This document shows, piece after piece, positions 13,560 through 26,559 of a stretch of DNA of 64,000 bases. The position numbers and the translations under genes are program-made. Positions within the stretch are counted from its first letter, which is position 1; each line of letters starts with the position of its first letter. The notes beneath the pieces are model-generated. The model was not told where the DNA came from and ran no database searches. It was given only the letters and a program-made list of their open reading frames with translations. The DNA is from Mustelus asterias (Eukaryota): NCBI RefSeq assembly GCF_964213995.1, contig NC_135822.1:63488001-63552000 (forward strand), read 5' to 3'.

Positions 13560-14130
13560 ATTTGCGCCCTTCTTACCTCTAGGCTGACTACTCCAGTGCA
13601 GCCCTGGCTGGTCTCCGACATTCTGCCCTCTGTAAACTTGTCATCCAAATCTGTGCTGTCCCTGTCATAACTTGCATCAAGTCCCATTCCCCTATTACCC
13701 AGAATCCTGCTGACCTACATTAGCTCCCAATCAAGCAGCAGCATTTTGATTTTAAAATTTTCATCCATCAGGGTTTTGCCCTCCCCATTCCTGTAACCTC
13801 CTCTCACACCACAGCCCTCAGAGATATCTGCACTGCTTGAATTGTGGCCGCTTGTGCATCACCGATTTTAATCGCTCAACTATGAGTGGCCGTGTCTTCA
13901 ATTGCCCAGGTCCCAGTTCTGGAATACCTTTCCTACACCTCTGGCTCTCAATTTCACTTTCCTCCTTTGAGACGTTTCTTCAAGCTACCTCTTCCATCAA
14001 ACCTTTGGTCATCTGACCTAATATCTTCTTAAGTGGCTCAGTGTCATACTTCACTTTGCAATGCTTCTGTCAAATGCCCTGCAATATTTAATTACATTAA
14101 AGGAGCTTTAAGTTAAAGGCTATTGTTGCT
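13560..14130 (+). mobile_element. L2-type LINE 3' remnant
   Basis: Decayed nucleotide match to the SRLDY.N..L.GL..PITP.L..LHWLP..RIDFKI region. Similar remnants at about 2620-3080, 34480-34790 and 60050-60400. Confidence 0.55.
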
Positions 14131-16440
14131 GAAATACAAGTTGATTGCCACTGATAGACTACAGGTGTCTAAATGGCAAACAAACTTCTAAAACATTCAC
14201 ACAAAGCATCTTGGCTATGCCTGCCACGATTCAGTGGTCATCTCCTGCTGAGGTGAGAAAGGAAGAGAATCATGCATTCAAATCCATGTGCTACAACTCT
14301 CAATCAGATAATAACATAACCCTGAGCATCGGTGGGGCACCTCCTCACAACTGATGATGACATGGCACTGGCAAACACGCAAGAGTGAGCTGTTCACGTT
14401 ATGTCACGGCAATAATTCAGAACCTGCTGAATATTTGATAGAGGAAGAAAAATAAAATTATTCAGATGAAAGTAAACAGAAAGTGCATTATGACTTGAGA
14501 GGATTTAATTGGGTTTTCACCAAGTAATTACCAGTCACAATGTTTTATGCTTTATGGATTCTCCATCACGGTAGACAACGGAATCCACATTTACTAATGG
14601 TTGATCCATAACACGCATAGAAAAGGTTTCATTTGAGGAATGCTGACAGTTTCCCAGGACACTGGGCAAACCTAAGCATACAGTGACTGAACATTCTGTT
14701 CAAAGATCTTGTGCAATCACATCTCTTTCGCGAGGTTATATATTAAAATCAATTGTTTTTAAGCTGTAATTACATAACCTGGCAATTGTGTTAGTCTGTG
14801 TTCGAACCAATGCTAAATATTGTGCAAGTTCATGACCTATAGTCATATACTCTATCGGTATCCTGTTTTATCAAGGGAAAACTGAACCTGCAACTCTCAA
14901 ATCGAATCTTTCAGATCTTGGCTGGCTGGACTTGCAAGCAATTCAATTCAAAAGTTTTAACTTGTAGTTAATGCGAACTTAGTTAATCTCAGTCTGGGAG
15001 GAAGACAGTGCTATACCCAGCCTCAAAAATAACTGTACAGAGAGAGGCAAAAGGAAATAAAACAGCCAAGGTTCTTAATCATTGCCCACTAATCTCAGGT
15101 GGAACCATCAAGTGGCAATAGCATTACGTCAGTTAGCCTTAACTCAAATGTGTGAGTTCACATATGAGAAAATATGAGTTGAGTCAGGTCCAAAGTGATG
15201 TCATATCACCTGTGCAACTCGAAGAAGGCACATTGCCTTCAGATTTGTTGAGCAAAATACACTTACAAATTGAATGAATTTGATTTTTGCTGTTTGAGAA
15301 GCTTTCAACAAAATGATCACACCAAATTGTATTGGATTACGTCAGATCAGTCACACATGGACAACATCACAACGACTTCCAGAGTCAATTTAAAAGTAGG
15401 AGCTCTACAACGGGGCCTCATGACAAAGCGTTTGGTGTGGATCGAAAACAGGGGTCTATCTCATACATAGCTTCACCACACACGAGTGCGCCATCAAGAT
15501 ATAGTTGCTACTGGGCAATGGTCTGTCCAGCCAATTCAATAGGTCTTGATTATTTCTTGTGTACATTTCTGGCAGTGCCTCAGTTTCAATCTGAAGAAGA
15601 AAAACCACTATCATGAGGTATGCGATAAGTATGATCTTATCAAGGAGCTTTTCAAAAACGTCTGGCACTTGGTTTACTGCACAACATATCACCCTCCTTT
15701 ATCATGTTGACATGTACCACCTCTTTAGTGTTATTTAGTGTTTTGTTTCCTTTCTACCCCTCTTAAAGTTCGGTTAATTTGGCTCCTCTTAATTCTAGTT
15801 AAACTCTGAAGTAAGTCTTACCTTATCACAGAGTCCAGGGTGTTTTCACTGATCCTGAAACAAAATGAACATTCTGATTACAGGTTTCAGATAAGAAGTT
15901 GGAAAACTTTCTGGAAATTACATTATTTTTGGATGGATCCTATGCCTCCAATCGAGCTTACTTCTGTTTTTGAAAAACACCAAAGCATTGCAAGTCCAGA
16001 CCTCCTTTGCACTTTAACTCAAGAGAATTGAAGGAATAGTGAAGTGTATAACTGCAACGCGCATATATGAGAGAGACAGATAGATATTGGGAACAACCCC
16101 TTAAAAAGGTGAAAGCAATACCTATAATGAATTATTTTCTTGTAAATCATTATACTATTTTATACTTTCCAACTGTAGAACAGAAATAGGAGCAGACAAC
16201 TTAAGCCTGCTCCATCATTCAATACAATAATTTGACCAAACTTGAACTAAACCTGATACAATGCGTGATCCATTCCAAACTGACATATTCTTAAGAATGG
16301 TTCTAAAATAATTCACTAGTTGTTTAGGTATGTTGGTTTTTAACATTTTCAGGTTAATTTTAAAAAATCAGCTGCTAATCATACACAAACAAAATCACAG
16401 CATGCTTCTATGTGGCTGCTTCCTGTCTCAAACAAACTGC

Positions 16441-16796
16441 AAGAAGTTTAACAACACCAGGTTAAAGTCCAACAGGTTTATTTGGTAGCAAAAGCCACAC
16501 AAGCTTTCGGAGCTCTAAGCCCCTTCTTCAGGTGAGTGGGAATTCTGTTCACAAACAGAGCTTATAAAGACACAGACTCAATTTACATGAATAATGGTTG
16601 GAATGCGAATACTTACAACTAATCAAGTTTTTAAGAAACAAAACAATGTGAGTGGAGAGAGCATCAAGACAGGCTAAAAAGATGTGTATTGTCTCCAGAC
16701 AAGACAGCCAGTGAAATTCTGCAGGTCCACGCAACTGTGGGGGTTACAAATAGTGCGACATGAACCCAATAACAAATAGTGTGACATGAACCCAAT
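16441..16796 (-). mobile_element. Penelope-like element 3' fragment lacking the 32-nt tail
   Basis: Near-identical to the left arm of the 56858 element. TSD aacaaactgc at 16431-16440 and 16797-16806. Confidence 0.9.
16495..16540 (-). ncRNA. Minimal hammerhead motif, sense to NUDCD3
   Basis: Reverse complement reads ccactcac-CUGAAGA-aggggcuuagagcucc-GAAA-gcuu-gugugg. Confidence 0.78.
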
Positions 16797-17045
16797 AACA
16801 AACTGCCTCAGAGACAACAGGTCAAATCTTTGTAACACTTACTTTCCAGTTAGACTGAGTAATGGCCATTACTGCAGATGCGTTTAAACTCATGTAACGC
16901 AAATAAATTAAATAGACCGCCACTAAGCCAAAACTATACAAAAATGCTCAATTTCTGTCATAAGCCCTTCCAAAGAAAATACTTCCAACTCTCTCAGATA
17001 ACATTAAGATAGACTAGATAGCTGTAGTGTTCACCCATAAATGTT

Positions 17046-17051
17046 TTTATT
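17046..17051 (-). terminator. Candidate NUDCD3 polyadenylation signal (AATAAA)
   Basis: Canonical AATAAA on the minus strand about 365 nt past the stop codon. Usage unverified. Confidence 0.4.
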
Positions 17052-17414
17052 GTTTAAGTTCAAAACCATGAGTCGCATATAAATATCAATTCTTTCAGGC
17101 AAAGGGATAAGGACAGTATCAAACACTATTTTCAATGCTCACCAGAAAGCACTCTAAATCACAAACATGGAGAAATTGCTGAAAATAACTGGAGATAACA
17201 AATCAAGTCTCAGAAAAATTCAAAATATGCAACGATTAACAGAAATAAAAATGAATCAAAATAAATACAGAGACTTGGCAACCAATGCTTTGCAATGACT
17301 TCGTTCTGAAGCTCAGAGAAAGTCTCTCATTACTCGAGCAGAGTACAATCCATGATTTACGCTCATCTTCGGTGGCGTTCGGGCTCAGGTGTGTGCCTTC
17401 TGCGGCCGGAGAAA

Positions 17415-17525
17415 TCAGAACTGCACTGCTCCAGGAGAAATGTTAAACAGAGATGGGTCAAACGTCTGCCCTTTAAACGGTGAACCTTCAGCGTCCCAGC
17501 CCTTCTTCAACATCTCGTGCACTTT
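17415..17525 (-). CDS. NUDCD3: NUDCD3 terminal coding exon 6 (KVHEMLKKGWDAEGSPFKGQTFDPSLFNISPGAVQF*)
   Basis: Translated by hand (absent from the ORF track). ttctag| acceptor, TGA at 17415-17417. The six exons total 1086 nt = 361 aa plus stop. Confidence 0.97.
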   Translation of the reverse strand, partial: KVHEMLKKGWDAEGSPFKGQTFDPSLFNISPGAVQF

Positions 17526-17639
17526 CTAGAAACCGTCAACAAATAACAAATAGTTTGAAAAACGAAGAGAAAGTATGTCATTTGTCTCAGTTTGTAACAA
17601 CATATACCACATGCACGAGTTCCTGCCTAGTTACAAACT

Positions 17640-17723
17640 GACAACACCAGGTTAAAGTCCAACCTGGTGTTGTGAGGCTTCTTACTGTGCTTACCCCAGT
17701 CCAACGCCGGCATCTCCACATCA
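17640..17723. mobile_element. Mini inverted PLE insertion (subfamily B) in NUDCD3 intron 5
   Basis: 13-bp arms acaacaccaggtt/aacctggtgttgt plus tail. TSD tagttacaaact at 17628-17639 and 17724-17735. Confidence 0.85.
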
Positions 17724-18449
17724 TAGTTACAAACTCACAGATGCAACTTAAAAACTGCCAGATGAAACCACTGTCCATACATTTACATTTAAGCAGCCAA
17801 ATGAAAAGCCAGAGATCACAAGAGTTGGGAGAAATAGAAGTCAGTTGGAAAATGATCTTTTCACCAGCAGAGTCCAACAACAGCTTCAGGACAAATTAAG
17901 CAAAGGCTTCTCTTTCTATCAGGGTCCAGATTATGAGTCAGTATCAAACCAGCTCCTTGTGGTTGAAAGTTCACAATGTGAAACCATCCAGACGGACAGC
18001 ATCATCTGTTGCTAAAAATTGGTAATCTCATTCCGAGAGGCCTCAAATTCAGGTAGGGCGGTAAAAATGAAGCGCACAGTAAGAAGTTTTGAAGTTTGAA
18101 TAAAATTATATTATTGTAGCAAGAAGTTGTAACTTCATTTATTCTGGACAGGGTCTGACCTTGGAATGCAAAACATTCAAGCCCCGCATAGAACTGCACT
18201 CTCCACCCCTCAAACACTCGGCTTAACATACCATAAACAATGTAGTAACACACAGGCTTTGCCACTTACAATCATGCAGAGAATCTGCTTAAGCAATCAA
18301 AGGCCCTTCACTCCCTGGGGAATTAGTGTTTTGCCCATTCCTTTTCAGATCTTTACCCACCATTTATACCTACCTTTTGTCACCATCTGTTGTGTGTAAA
18401 AGTTACTTTTGAACTCAAGAGCAGCTTTGGTAAAGGTGTGCCGGACTAA

Positions 18450-18738
18450 TGGTTTGATTCCATCCTCAGGTGACTGTGCGGAGTTTGCACATTCTCCCCA
18501 TGTCTGCATGGGTTTCCTCCAGATGCTCCGGTTTCCTCCCACAGTCCAAAGATGCGCGGGTTAGGTGAATTGGCCATGCTAAATTGCCACTTAGTGTCCC
18601 AAGATGTATAGATTAGGGGGATTAGTGGGGTAAATACATGGGTTACAAGGATAGGGTTTGGGTAAAATACTCGTCAGAGGGTCAGTGCCGGCTCGATGGA
18701 CTGAATGGTCTCCTTCTGCACTGTCGGGATTCGATGAT
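18450..18738 (+). mobile_element. tRNA-derived SINE, 5'-eroded
   Basis: Same core and tail as 7028-7366. Confidence 0.8.
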
Positions 18739-19479
18739 TGGAGGGAAAAGGCAAGTAATATGAAAGAAAAATCTTTGACCCACTTTGTAGATACAGAAGG
18801 AAAGAAACAAAACTTGTTTTGTCTTGCCGACAGTTTTTAAAAAAAGTCACATCAGCGTTCCTTAAAATAGTCTCTAATGATCCAAATGCCTTGGCTGCCA
18901 TTTCATTCGGCCATCAGCACAATTCTATATTTAGATGCAATTAAAACATGTCTCCTGCAGAACATTTATCTACGTTCAAGTGTTTTGCCAATACCATAAT
19001 TTGCGTGTGGGAGTAACACTCTTGTTCTCGGAAGGATTCTGGCTACTTATTGTGCAGCAAAACCTTTGTTCATTAACAATACCAGTCACATAATTGGGAG
19101 AAATTGAAAAAACAAACAGAATATGTAAAGTGGCTGAAAGATGCAAATCCATGGTACAGGGACAGACCATTTTGCCCAAATGACCTTGAGTAGTATCCAT
19201 GTTTGCCACCAGTGTCATCCCACAGCTTTGGGTAATGGTACACCCAGCAGAAACCAGGCTTTTAATCAAAACTCTTAAATAGAAGCAAAAATCTGAATCA
19301 TTGGTAGACAAAGGAAAGCCTCATCAGCTCTCAAAACTTTTCCCGTACTTCACATCAAATTATTTTTGAAGACATTAACTTCTGTAAGGTAGTCACTCAC
19401 AGTAATGGCTTTGATCCAGATAAAATGACCACAAACAACAGGTTTATCTGAGTTCATTATGTTTGTGTCTGATAGATTC

Positions 19480-19703
19480 TGTTGATGGATGTTAAATGCA
19501 GAATTGTTTAAAGGTAATAGGCTAACGGGTGTTGGGCATTGATTAGGTAATTATATTAAAATGTTTATATAAAGGAGTCAGCCAATGCTGTCAGGTATGG
19601 ACATATTAGAGTTGAGAATTAAGCTCTGCAATAAACAGCCTCCAGCAAAAGCATTATAGTCTGTGTCTTCTTCACAGCCAGATTTGGGAGTTGCTCTGAC
19701 ACA
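19480..19703 (+). mobile_element. Possible short solo LTR
   Basis: TG..CA bounds with TATATAAAG and AATAAA in the expected order. No clean TSD. Confidence 0.3.
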
Positions 19704-20646
19704 TCAGTGGTGCTGGTCAAGACACTGAGAATACTTCACTCATCTTTAAATAGTGTCATACAAGATGTAACATATATCTGATGCATGAAAAGAAGAAAGT
19801 GGGCCTTGCACAATGTTACTGACCTTGCAGCATTCCCTCATCACTGCAATATCAGCCAAAAATAAAAACAGAAAACACTGGAAATACTCGGCAGGTCTGA
19901 CAACATCTGACAATGTTATTTGCTTGAAACAATAATTCACGTTGCAGGTAAAGGACCTTTCTCTCTCTGCAGATGCTGCCAGATCCGCTGAGTATTTTCA
20001 GCATTTTGTTTTGATTTCAGATTTCCAGCATCTACAGTATTTTGCTTCTCTTTACTTCTCTCTCAGAAACGAGTATGTGGAAGAGGTTCTGCTCTCCTTT
20101 CTGGCTGGATTCCCATTTGTTTCTTATCCCTTCATTGCTTTCCATTTCCCTCATTGTGTTTGACACGGGCTAGAATTCTCCAACCTCGCCCGCGGCTGGG
20201 ATTCACAACTCCCACAGCAGTGAATGGAGTTTTGGCCGAGCACTAAATTCTCCATTCTCGCTGGCAACAGTGCTGGCGCAAACGAGATCAGGAGAAGCCC
20301 AGCCACGGTGGCCACCAAAACTCACTTTCTCAGCAACTGTCTCCAGCACCAATTTATTCCAAGTGGATTCGAACTGAAATTCCATCCTTCGTGTTTCGAT
20401 TCTACCCATGATTGCAGGTGTCTCAAAGATATTCAACATTCCATGAATTGTTGTTCTGGCTGCATCGGGATCCACACACACTGCCATATGTACATTCTCG
20501 ATCTCTCTCTCTCCAGAGGCACCAACTCAATCTCATCTCAAAGCTGCCCTGCTCTGTTGTTTCATTTCATCCCACAGCTTGCTCTTCCTTTCAGGGGTTA
20601 AGGAATGCCAACTCCAGCAAGTCTGGTCCTTGATCTGAAACATTAA

Positions 20647-20773
20647 AGGCCCTGATGTTACTGGCACGGCCGCCCCGAAATTGGGTTGGGCAAGGCTCGC
20701 AGAACGTCATTCCCCGTTGGTCTCGGGCGCGATCTTACCAGCCTCAGGCGGCCGTGCCGGTAAAATCAGAGTC
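20647..20773. mobile_element. MITE with about 27-bp TIRs, probably PIF/Harbinger (relatives at about 5689-5816 and 20167-20305)
   Basis: ggccctgatgttactggcacggccgcc ... ggcggccgtgccggtaaaatcagagtc, flanked by TAA on both sides. Confidence 0.6.
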
Positions 20774-21329
20774 TAAGTCTCCACAGAAGCTGTCAAACTA
20801 TTTTGTTTCTATTTAAAATTTCCAGCATCTGCAATAATTTCCTTTTATTTAACGTCAGCCTAAAGTTTGGTTCAGAACTTTTCAGGGAGGTTTAAACCCA
20901 CAACATTTTGACTGAGAGATAAATAAAAGATAGCCAAATGAAGCAGGCTGACACGAGAATTAGTCATAATGCGCACATGTACTGGGAGTAAACAATCCAG
21001 AGAAATTTCACAGGAGAGAGTGATGAGAAACAAACTGACACCGATTAGGACAATAACCGAAAGCTTTGAATAGCTCAGTTTGAAGGCAGATCACCTTCAG
21101 AATATCAAGTGTGATAAAGACACAAATCACTCTCAGCCCAGTTTTCACTGAATATTCTTATAAACTAGTTCTCTGCTTTAATAGATTTTGTATCTGGCAA
21201 GCTGACTGTCCAAGAAAATAAGTCATGATCAAACGACATGCCTCCTAATAATGAGATAGTGGGAGGAAAATTCACCCCTTCTATTTCTCAGTCTTTGTGG
21301 GAGCCCACAAAGTTTTGGTGGAGTGAACA

Positions 21330-21642
21330 GAATAGAATCCCTACAGTGCAGTTGAGCCCATCGAGTCTACAATGACTCACGACAGAGCACCTTACCCAGG
21401 CCCTGTGCCCCACATATTTCCCATGGCTAACCCATCTAATCTTGGGAGACTAAGGGGTAATTTAGCACGGCCAATCCACAGAACCTGCACATCTTTGGAC
21501 TGGGGGAGGAAACCGGAGCACCCGGAGGAAACCCACGCAGACATGGGGAGAACATGCAGACTCCACACAGACACCTAATGCTGGAATTGAACCCAGGTCC
21601 TTGGCGCTGTGAGGCAGCAGTGCTAACCACCGTGCCGCATGG
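21330..21642 (-). mobile_element. tRNA-derived SINE
   Basis: Reverse complement of the same family. Confidence 0.85.
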
Positions 21643-23208
21643 TTTCACTATTTCATCACGTGGATAAAAGACACCATAATTACCAATTGTTTAGCTGTCC
21701 CTTGATTCAAGCATAACATTTCCTTAGTGTCACGAGTACTTGCAAAGATCTTCAGGTGACTTTTTTGGGCACATACAGCAGGACATCCCATGAGATAGTG
21801 GGACCCAGAGTGCAGGATTGCTTCCTTCCCTTCCCTGCCATCTGTCTGCTTCATCAAGAGACTGGAACTCTTATGTGCAACACAGCTTAATGGACACATT
21901 GTCATCATTCTGAGCAATTCGGAGCAAGCTCCTCTCAATAAATAATGTCAATACTATCGCACATAGAGAACTTGAGAGCTTGTTTTTGTCCTCCTTTGGA
22001 ACATTGGCCATTTGACAATTGAGAGAACAAGACCTGATGGGAGATGATTTTCAATCATGCAGATACATTCTATGAACCTGACTTCAACAAACACACTAGC
22101 ATTTGTTCAATCACCTTCCCATGGAATCTAGAATATGAGGCGGAAATACTGCTGCTGGAATTTCTCTAGTGCTCCTGTGTGTTTCAGAGTCACAATCTAG
22201 GCCCCTGCACTATGGTGACGACAACTGCTCTCTGCGTCAAAATGTTCATTGTCCAGTCCTGCAGCAATGGAGGATTAGAGATGGTTCAGGTTATTAAACT
22301 GGAAGTCCCTAGTCAAGAATCTGCACACTGGCAACAGATGCACAAAGGTCACCGGACATCTGTGTTGGGATAGCGGTGTTCTTGGGCAGCGGAATCCATG
22401 AGTGAGAAGTCCATTTCAGTGAGCCCTCCGCTCATCCCAAATTAGGAAGGGGCTGGCAAAGAAGCCAGCAGATGTTCCATCATGAGATAGAACTAGTCAG
22501 TGACCTTTCTTGTTGGTAACTTGAAGGACATCACCCTTGTGAAAGAAAATCCGAGTCCCAGACACGAGGGCTGTTCAAACGTCCAGCACAGAATGCATTT
22601 TCCACTTTGTCCTTGCTGGGGAACCACACCCAGCAGGAACACCAACTTTGGTCGAAGAAAGAAAGCTCCACATTTGGCAAATTGGAATGCTAGAATGTTC
22701 AGCGATTATTTCAAACTTTTTTTAAAATTTGCTAAAGCACATAGATTTTGCACATAGAAAATCATTCCATCATTTCACTTGCTCAAGTGTTACGAATGCA
22801 CATAGAAGTTGGCAGACCTGTCCTCAGATCGAAATGTCACAGTTCAAAGCAAAAATAAAAAGCCCACGTGCCACCTTCAAAAGGAAAAATATCACAAAGG
22901 CTTTAAAATACACAAGGAAATTCATAATCAAGTTACTTAAATACTTATTTTGGACATGAAAAGTTGCAATTACGGAGGGAAAAAGGAGACAAAGACTTTC
23001 TCTGCAAAACCGGAGCAATTCCACTGGTTCTGCAGCAAACCATAACAGAAATGTTGCTATGTTACTATGGATTTTTTCATTACAGACTTTGACAAACAAA
23101 GTAGAAGGGTTATGGACAGGAAACATGACAAAAATTGATTAGTAATATAGAAATAGATAGGTGCTCAAGTATTACCAACTGTCTCCCCATTCCTGATGGT
23201 TTTCTTAC

Positions 23209-23397
23209 CGTTTCATGACTCTGTGGTTTGCCCTGCATTTTCTGGTGATAATCAAAGGTTAATCTGTCCAGCACTGCATGCTCCTCCTCATCCACTGTTG
23301 CCATCGACCGCTCTTTGTTTATCTTGTCTATGTCTATAGTCTCTTCACCTTCTAGAATTGCATTCCACCAGTATTCCCCATTTTTATTCAAGTTAAT
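23209..23397 (-). CDS. NUDCD3: NUDCD3 coding exon 5 (INLNKNGEYWWNAILEGEE...QGKPQSHET)
   Basis: Near-identical to human GEYWWNAILEGEE.IDIDKINKERSMATVDEEE.AVLDRLTFDYHQK. aacag| acceptor, ACG|gtaaga donor, 189 nt. Confidence 0.97.
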
Positions 23398-24151
23398 CTG
23401 TTAACAAAACAAATATTTAAAAAATATTACATTTCCTTCATAAAACTGAACAGTTAAAGGTACCCAGGGGCACACCTCTAATATGGATGGAATGATGCAC
23501 TTGCATGGGAAGAGTCAAACAAGTAGAACAGCTTTCAAATAAATTTTACATTGGACAGCATCTTATACTTGGAGTGTATTTAATTGTTCATTAAATTAAA
23601 AAAAATTCATAGTATCTCTTAGAATTCAACATTAATATGAAAACAGAGGCTTTGTTAAAACAAGGAGCAAGGTACAGTTCAAAGCATACTTCAATCATTT
23701 ATTTTAAGTGTGTACACATTCTCCAAATAGGGAGAAATGACAACAGCTTGGAATGTGTAGATAAAGAGTTTGCATAGCTGAGAAATCCACAAAATAGGCA
23801 TTGTTGGCTTCAGGCCCCCTTTCCTAATCCACATTTGCAAGAATGGTGGGATTGACAAACTTAAGAAGCTCTCAGCAGAAAATGTAATTGTCAGGTTGGA
23901 CATTGACAAGGATTCTCTCGGGTCAATATTTTCTTTTTCCTGCAGTCTTAAAGTAATAAGAAAATGAACACAGCAAATTGTTCAGGTAGTGGTCTCCTGT
24001 TACTCAGCAAGTTCTTTTTGTCTGCAAGGGAATGTGATGAAATTCCATGGAATAAACAAATGTCATTCACAAGGTCTATCATGAAGAAGGCCAACATTTA
24101 AGAGTCAAGTGATTCCAACGGTTCACATTATGGAGATTTTTTAAAAAATGG

Positions 24152-24450
24152 ACGGGCACGGTGTCACAGTTAGCACTGCTGCCTCACAGCGCCAGGGAGC
24201 TGGGTTTAATTCCGGCTCGGGTGACTGTTCGCAGTCTCCCCATGTCTGCGTGGATTTCCTCTCACAGACCAAAGATGTGCAGGGTAGGTGCATTGGCTAT
24301 GCTAAGTTGCCCCTTAGTGTCCTAGGATGCATAGGTTAGAGGGGTTAGCGGGGTAAATATGTGGTTACATAGAAAGAGTCTCGGTGGGATTGTTGTGGAA
24401 TGGTGTGGACATGATGGGCTGAATGGCCTCCTTCTGCATGGTTTCAATGG
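24152..24450 (+). mobile_element. tRNA-derived SINE
   Basis: Same family with internal deletions. Confidence 0.8.
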
Positions 24451-26559
24451 TAAAGGCCAGTCAGTCTCAGCCTGAAACAGTCCCAGAAATAATTCTCTTC
24501 ACTCAACTTCTCTGCCCAGTCTTTCTGAAAATACTTGCTGCCAGCCCAAGACTTGTGAAAAATTGTGAACATAATTGTTTAATTGGACCTTGCATCTTAA
24601 AACTTATTTTTGTGACCAAATTTAATGCAATTTATCTTAAGTGTGATAACCTGCACAAGGTCCGTGGGGAATCATTGACTGATCTTCCAATGGGACTTGT
24701 TGAGTATGAGTTCCCCTGGTAACAGGCAGTGTGTGACCTGCCAGGCTCAGGACTGAGCCTGCTAAATGGTAGTGCCAGGCAGGTGGTTTTACTTTGAATT
24801 CTGGAATAAAATATTTTCTTTTCCAGTCAGGCTTCCTGAGTCATTACAATAAGGATAATGAGAGTAAAAACAAATCAAAGCAGAAAATGAGCAACTTATT
24901 TTCTACAGAAACTCAGAATAAATCACACATGCACAAAAGAATAAAATTCATCAACCAACCAGAGAGGTGGGTGCAAGTTAAGTTATCCAGTCTTCTTGGA
25001 GTAAGTTAGTGCATGGGATTGGAAAATAAAGTGGAAAGACTAGAGCAATTCATGGAAGACTTCAGCTTCACATCATTAAGTTAGGTTTGAATCGAACTGT
25101 TCTAAACTCCAAAGGCTACTTGGAGACCACTCTGTGCATCAATATAACATTTAACACGAGATTAAGTTTTGATCCATGTGCCTCTTTTGATGCATTGGCA
25201 CTCGACCACCAAGTAAGGCAAAATAATTTTACATTTAATCTCCTGCCATATCCCTATGCTTGGAAGCCTCAGTGCTGGTCCATAATTGGAAAATTATCCT
25301 GAGTTGTGAAAATGCAAACCCATCTTTGAATGTACACGTCATGTATTGAACCCGAGTTATTAATGATTGACACTCAAAATCTCTCCTGCACAGATCTTGA
25401 CCAGTAGTTTGCTGTAGACCTACTTGCTGGCTGGAGTAGAGGCATTGGTAATTTACGAGTCAGCTCAGAGCATTTCCTGTGCAGACAAACCTCATTCCTG
25501 CGACTTCACCATCCCTGACTAAAGGACAATATTCTGCAACAAGGTGACTTAGGGTGGGGATTTTTTCTTCTCATTTTGAAAGGGTTACAAAAACAAAAGC
25601 TTAAATAATTGTAATTTTGAAAATAATTAAACTGGGATGGTGCAGTATTAACTGTGCATTTAGTTCAGCCTTTCTTCATGACTCTGTTATTCAACAATTC
25701 TGCCGTCAGAATTCAAGGTCTCAACAGAGAAGAAAAATTGAGGGAGGAAAAAACAGAGCATGACAATTAAAGGCAATTTTCTGTAACTGATTTCAAGGAA
25801 CTAACATGAAGCTTTCTTCAGGCAACTGATGTTTGCAACAAGCAGACAAGTGAGAGGAAAACTGTTATGTTTGGGGCTTTCATGAGCTGATGTATTTTCC
25901 ACGTTAAGTTGCTTTTGGAACGGACTATCAAATTTCAATTCATCAAGAATAAATATTTCATGAAAAACTGACCTTTACGCAGAACATCCCATTGAATGCA
26001 GAAGAAAAGAAAAGGCCAAAACATTTGCAATCAAATGCATCTTGCGCCAGAAATGCTGTGAGGATAATCCCAGGTCAGCCTCCTCCCGAGATCTCCAGCA
26101 GAGATACCAGACTTCAGCCAGTTTGATTCAGCCCACTCGAGAACAGGAAACAGCAGAAGGTACTCAAGTCCACGGGTTCTGACAACATCCCAGCAGCAGT
26201 ACTGAAGACTTGTGTTCAAATAGCCACATTCCTAGTCAAACTGTTCCAGTAGAGCTACTGTGCAGATATCTACCCGACAATGTGGAAAACTACCCATGTT
26301 CCTGTCCAGAAAAACAGGACAAATCCAACCCAGCCAATTACAGCCTCATAAGTTGACACTCAATCATCAGCCTCTCTCAAAGCTATCCTTGTCCTAAGTT
26401 CGATTTTATTCTTCATCTCATCTGACACATCAACAAGAAGCTTTTCCTTTTCCTCCTCGGTGTTAAGAAACGCAAGCTTCAAAAAGTTACTGATACCAAT
26501 GCTCATCCTGGACCCTCCACACCTTGATTTGATGAAAAGTATTGTTTCTTCCACGCTAT

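Noticed and set aside
1-16400. A further gene such as CAMK2B downstream of NUDCD3
   Set aside because: Expected from human synteny, but I found no recognisable exon or CpG island. Short or non-coding exons cannot be excluded.
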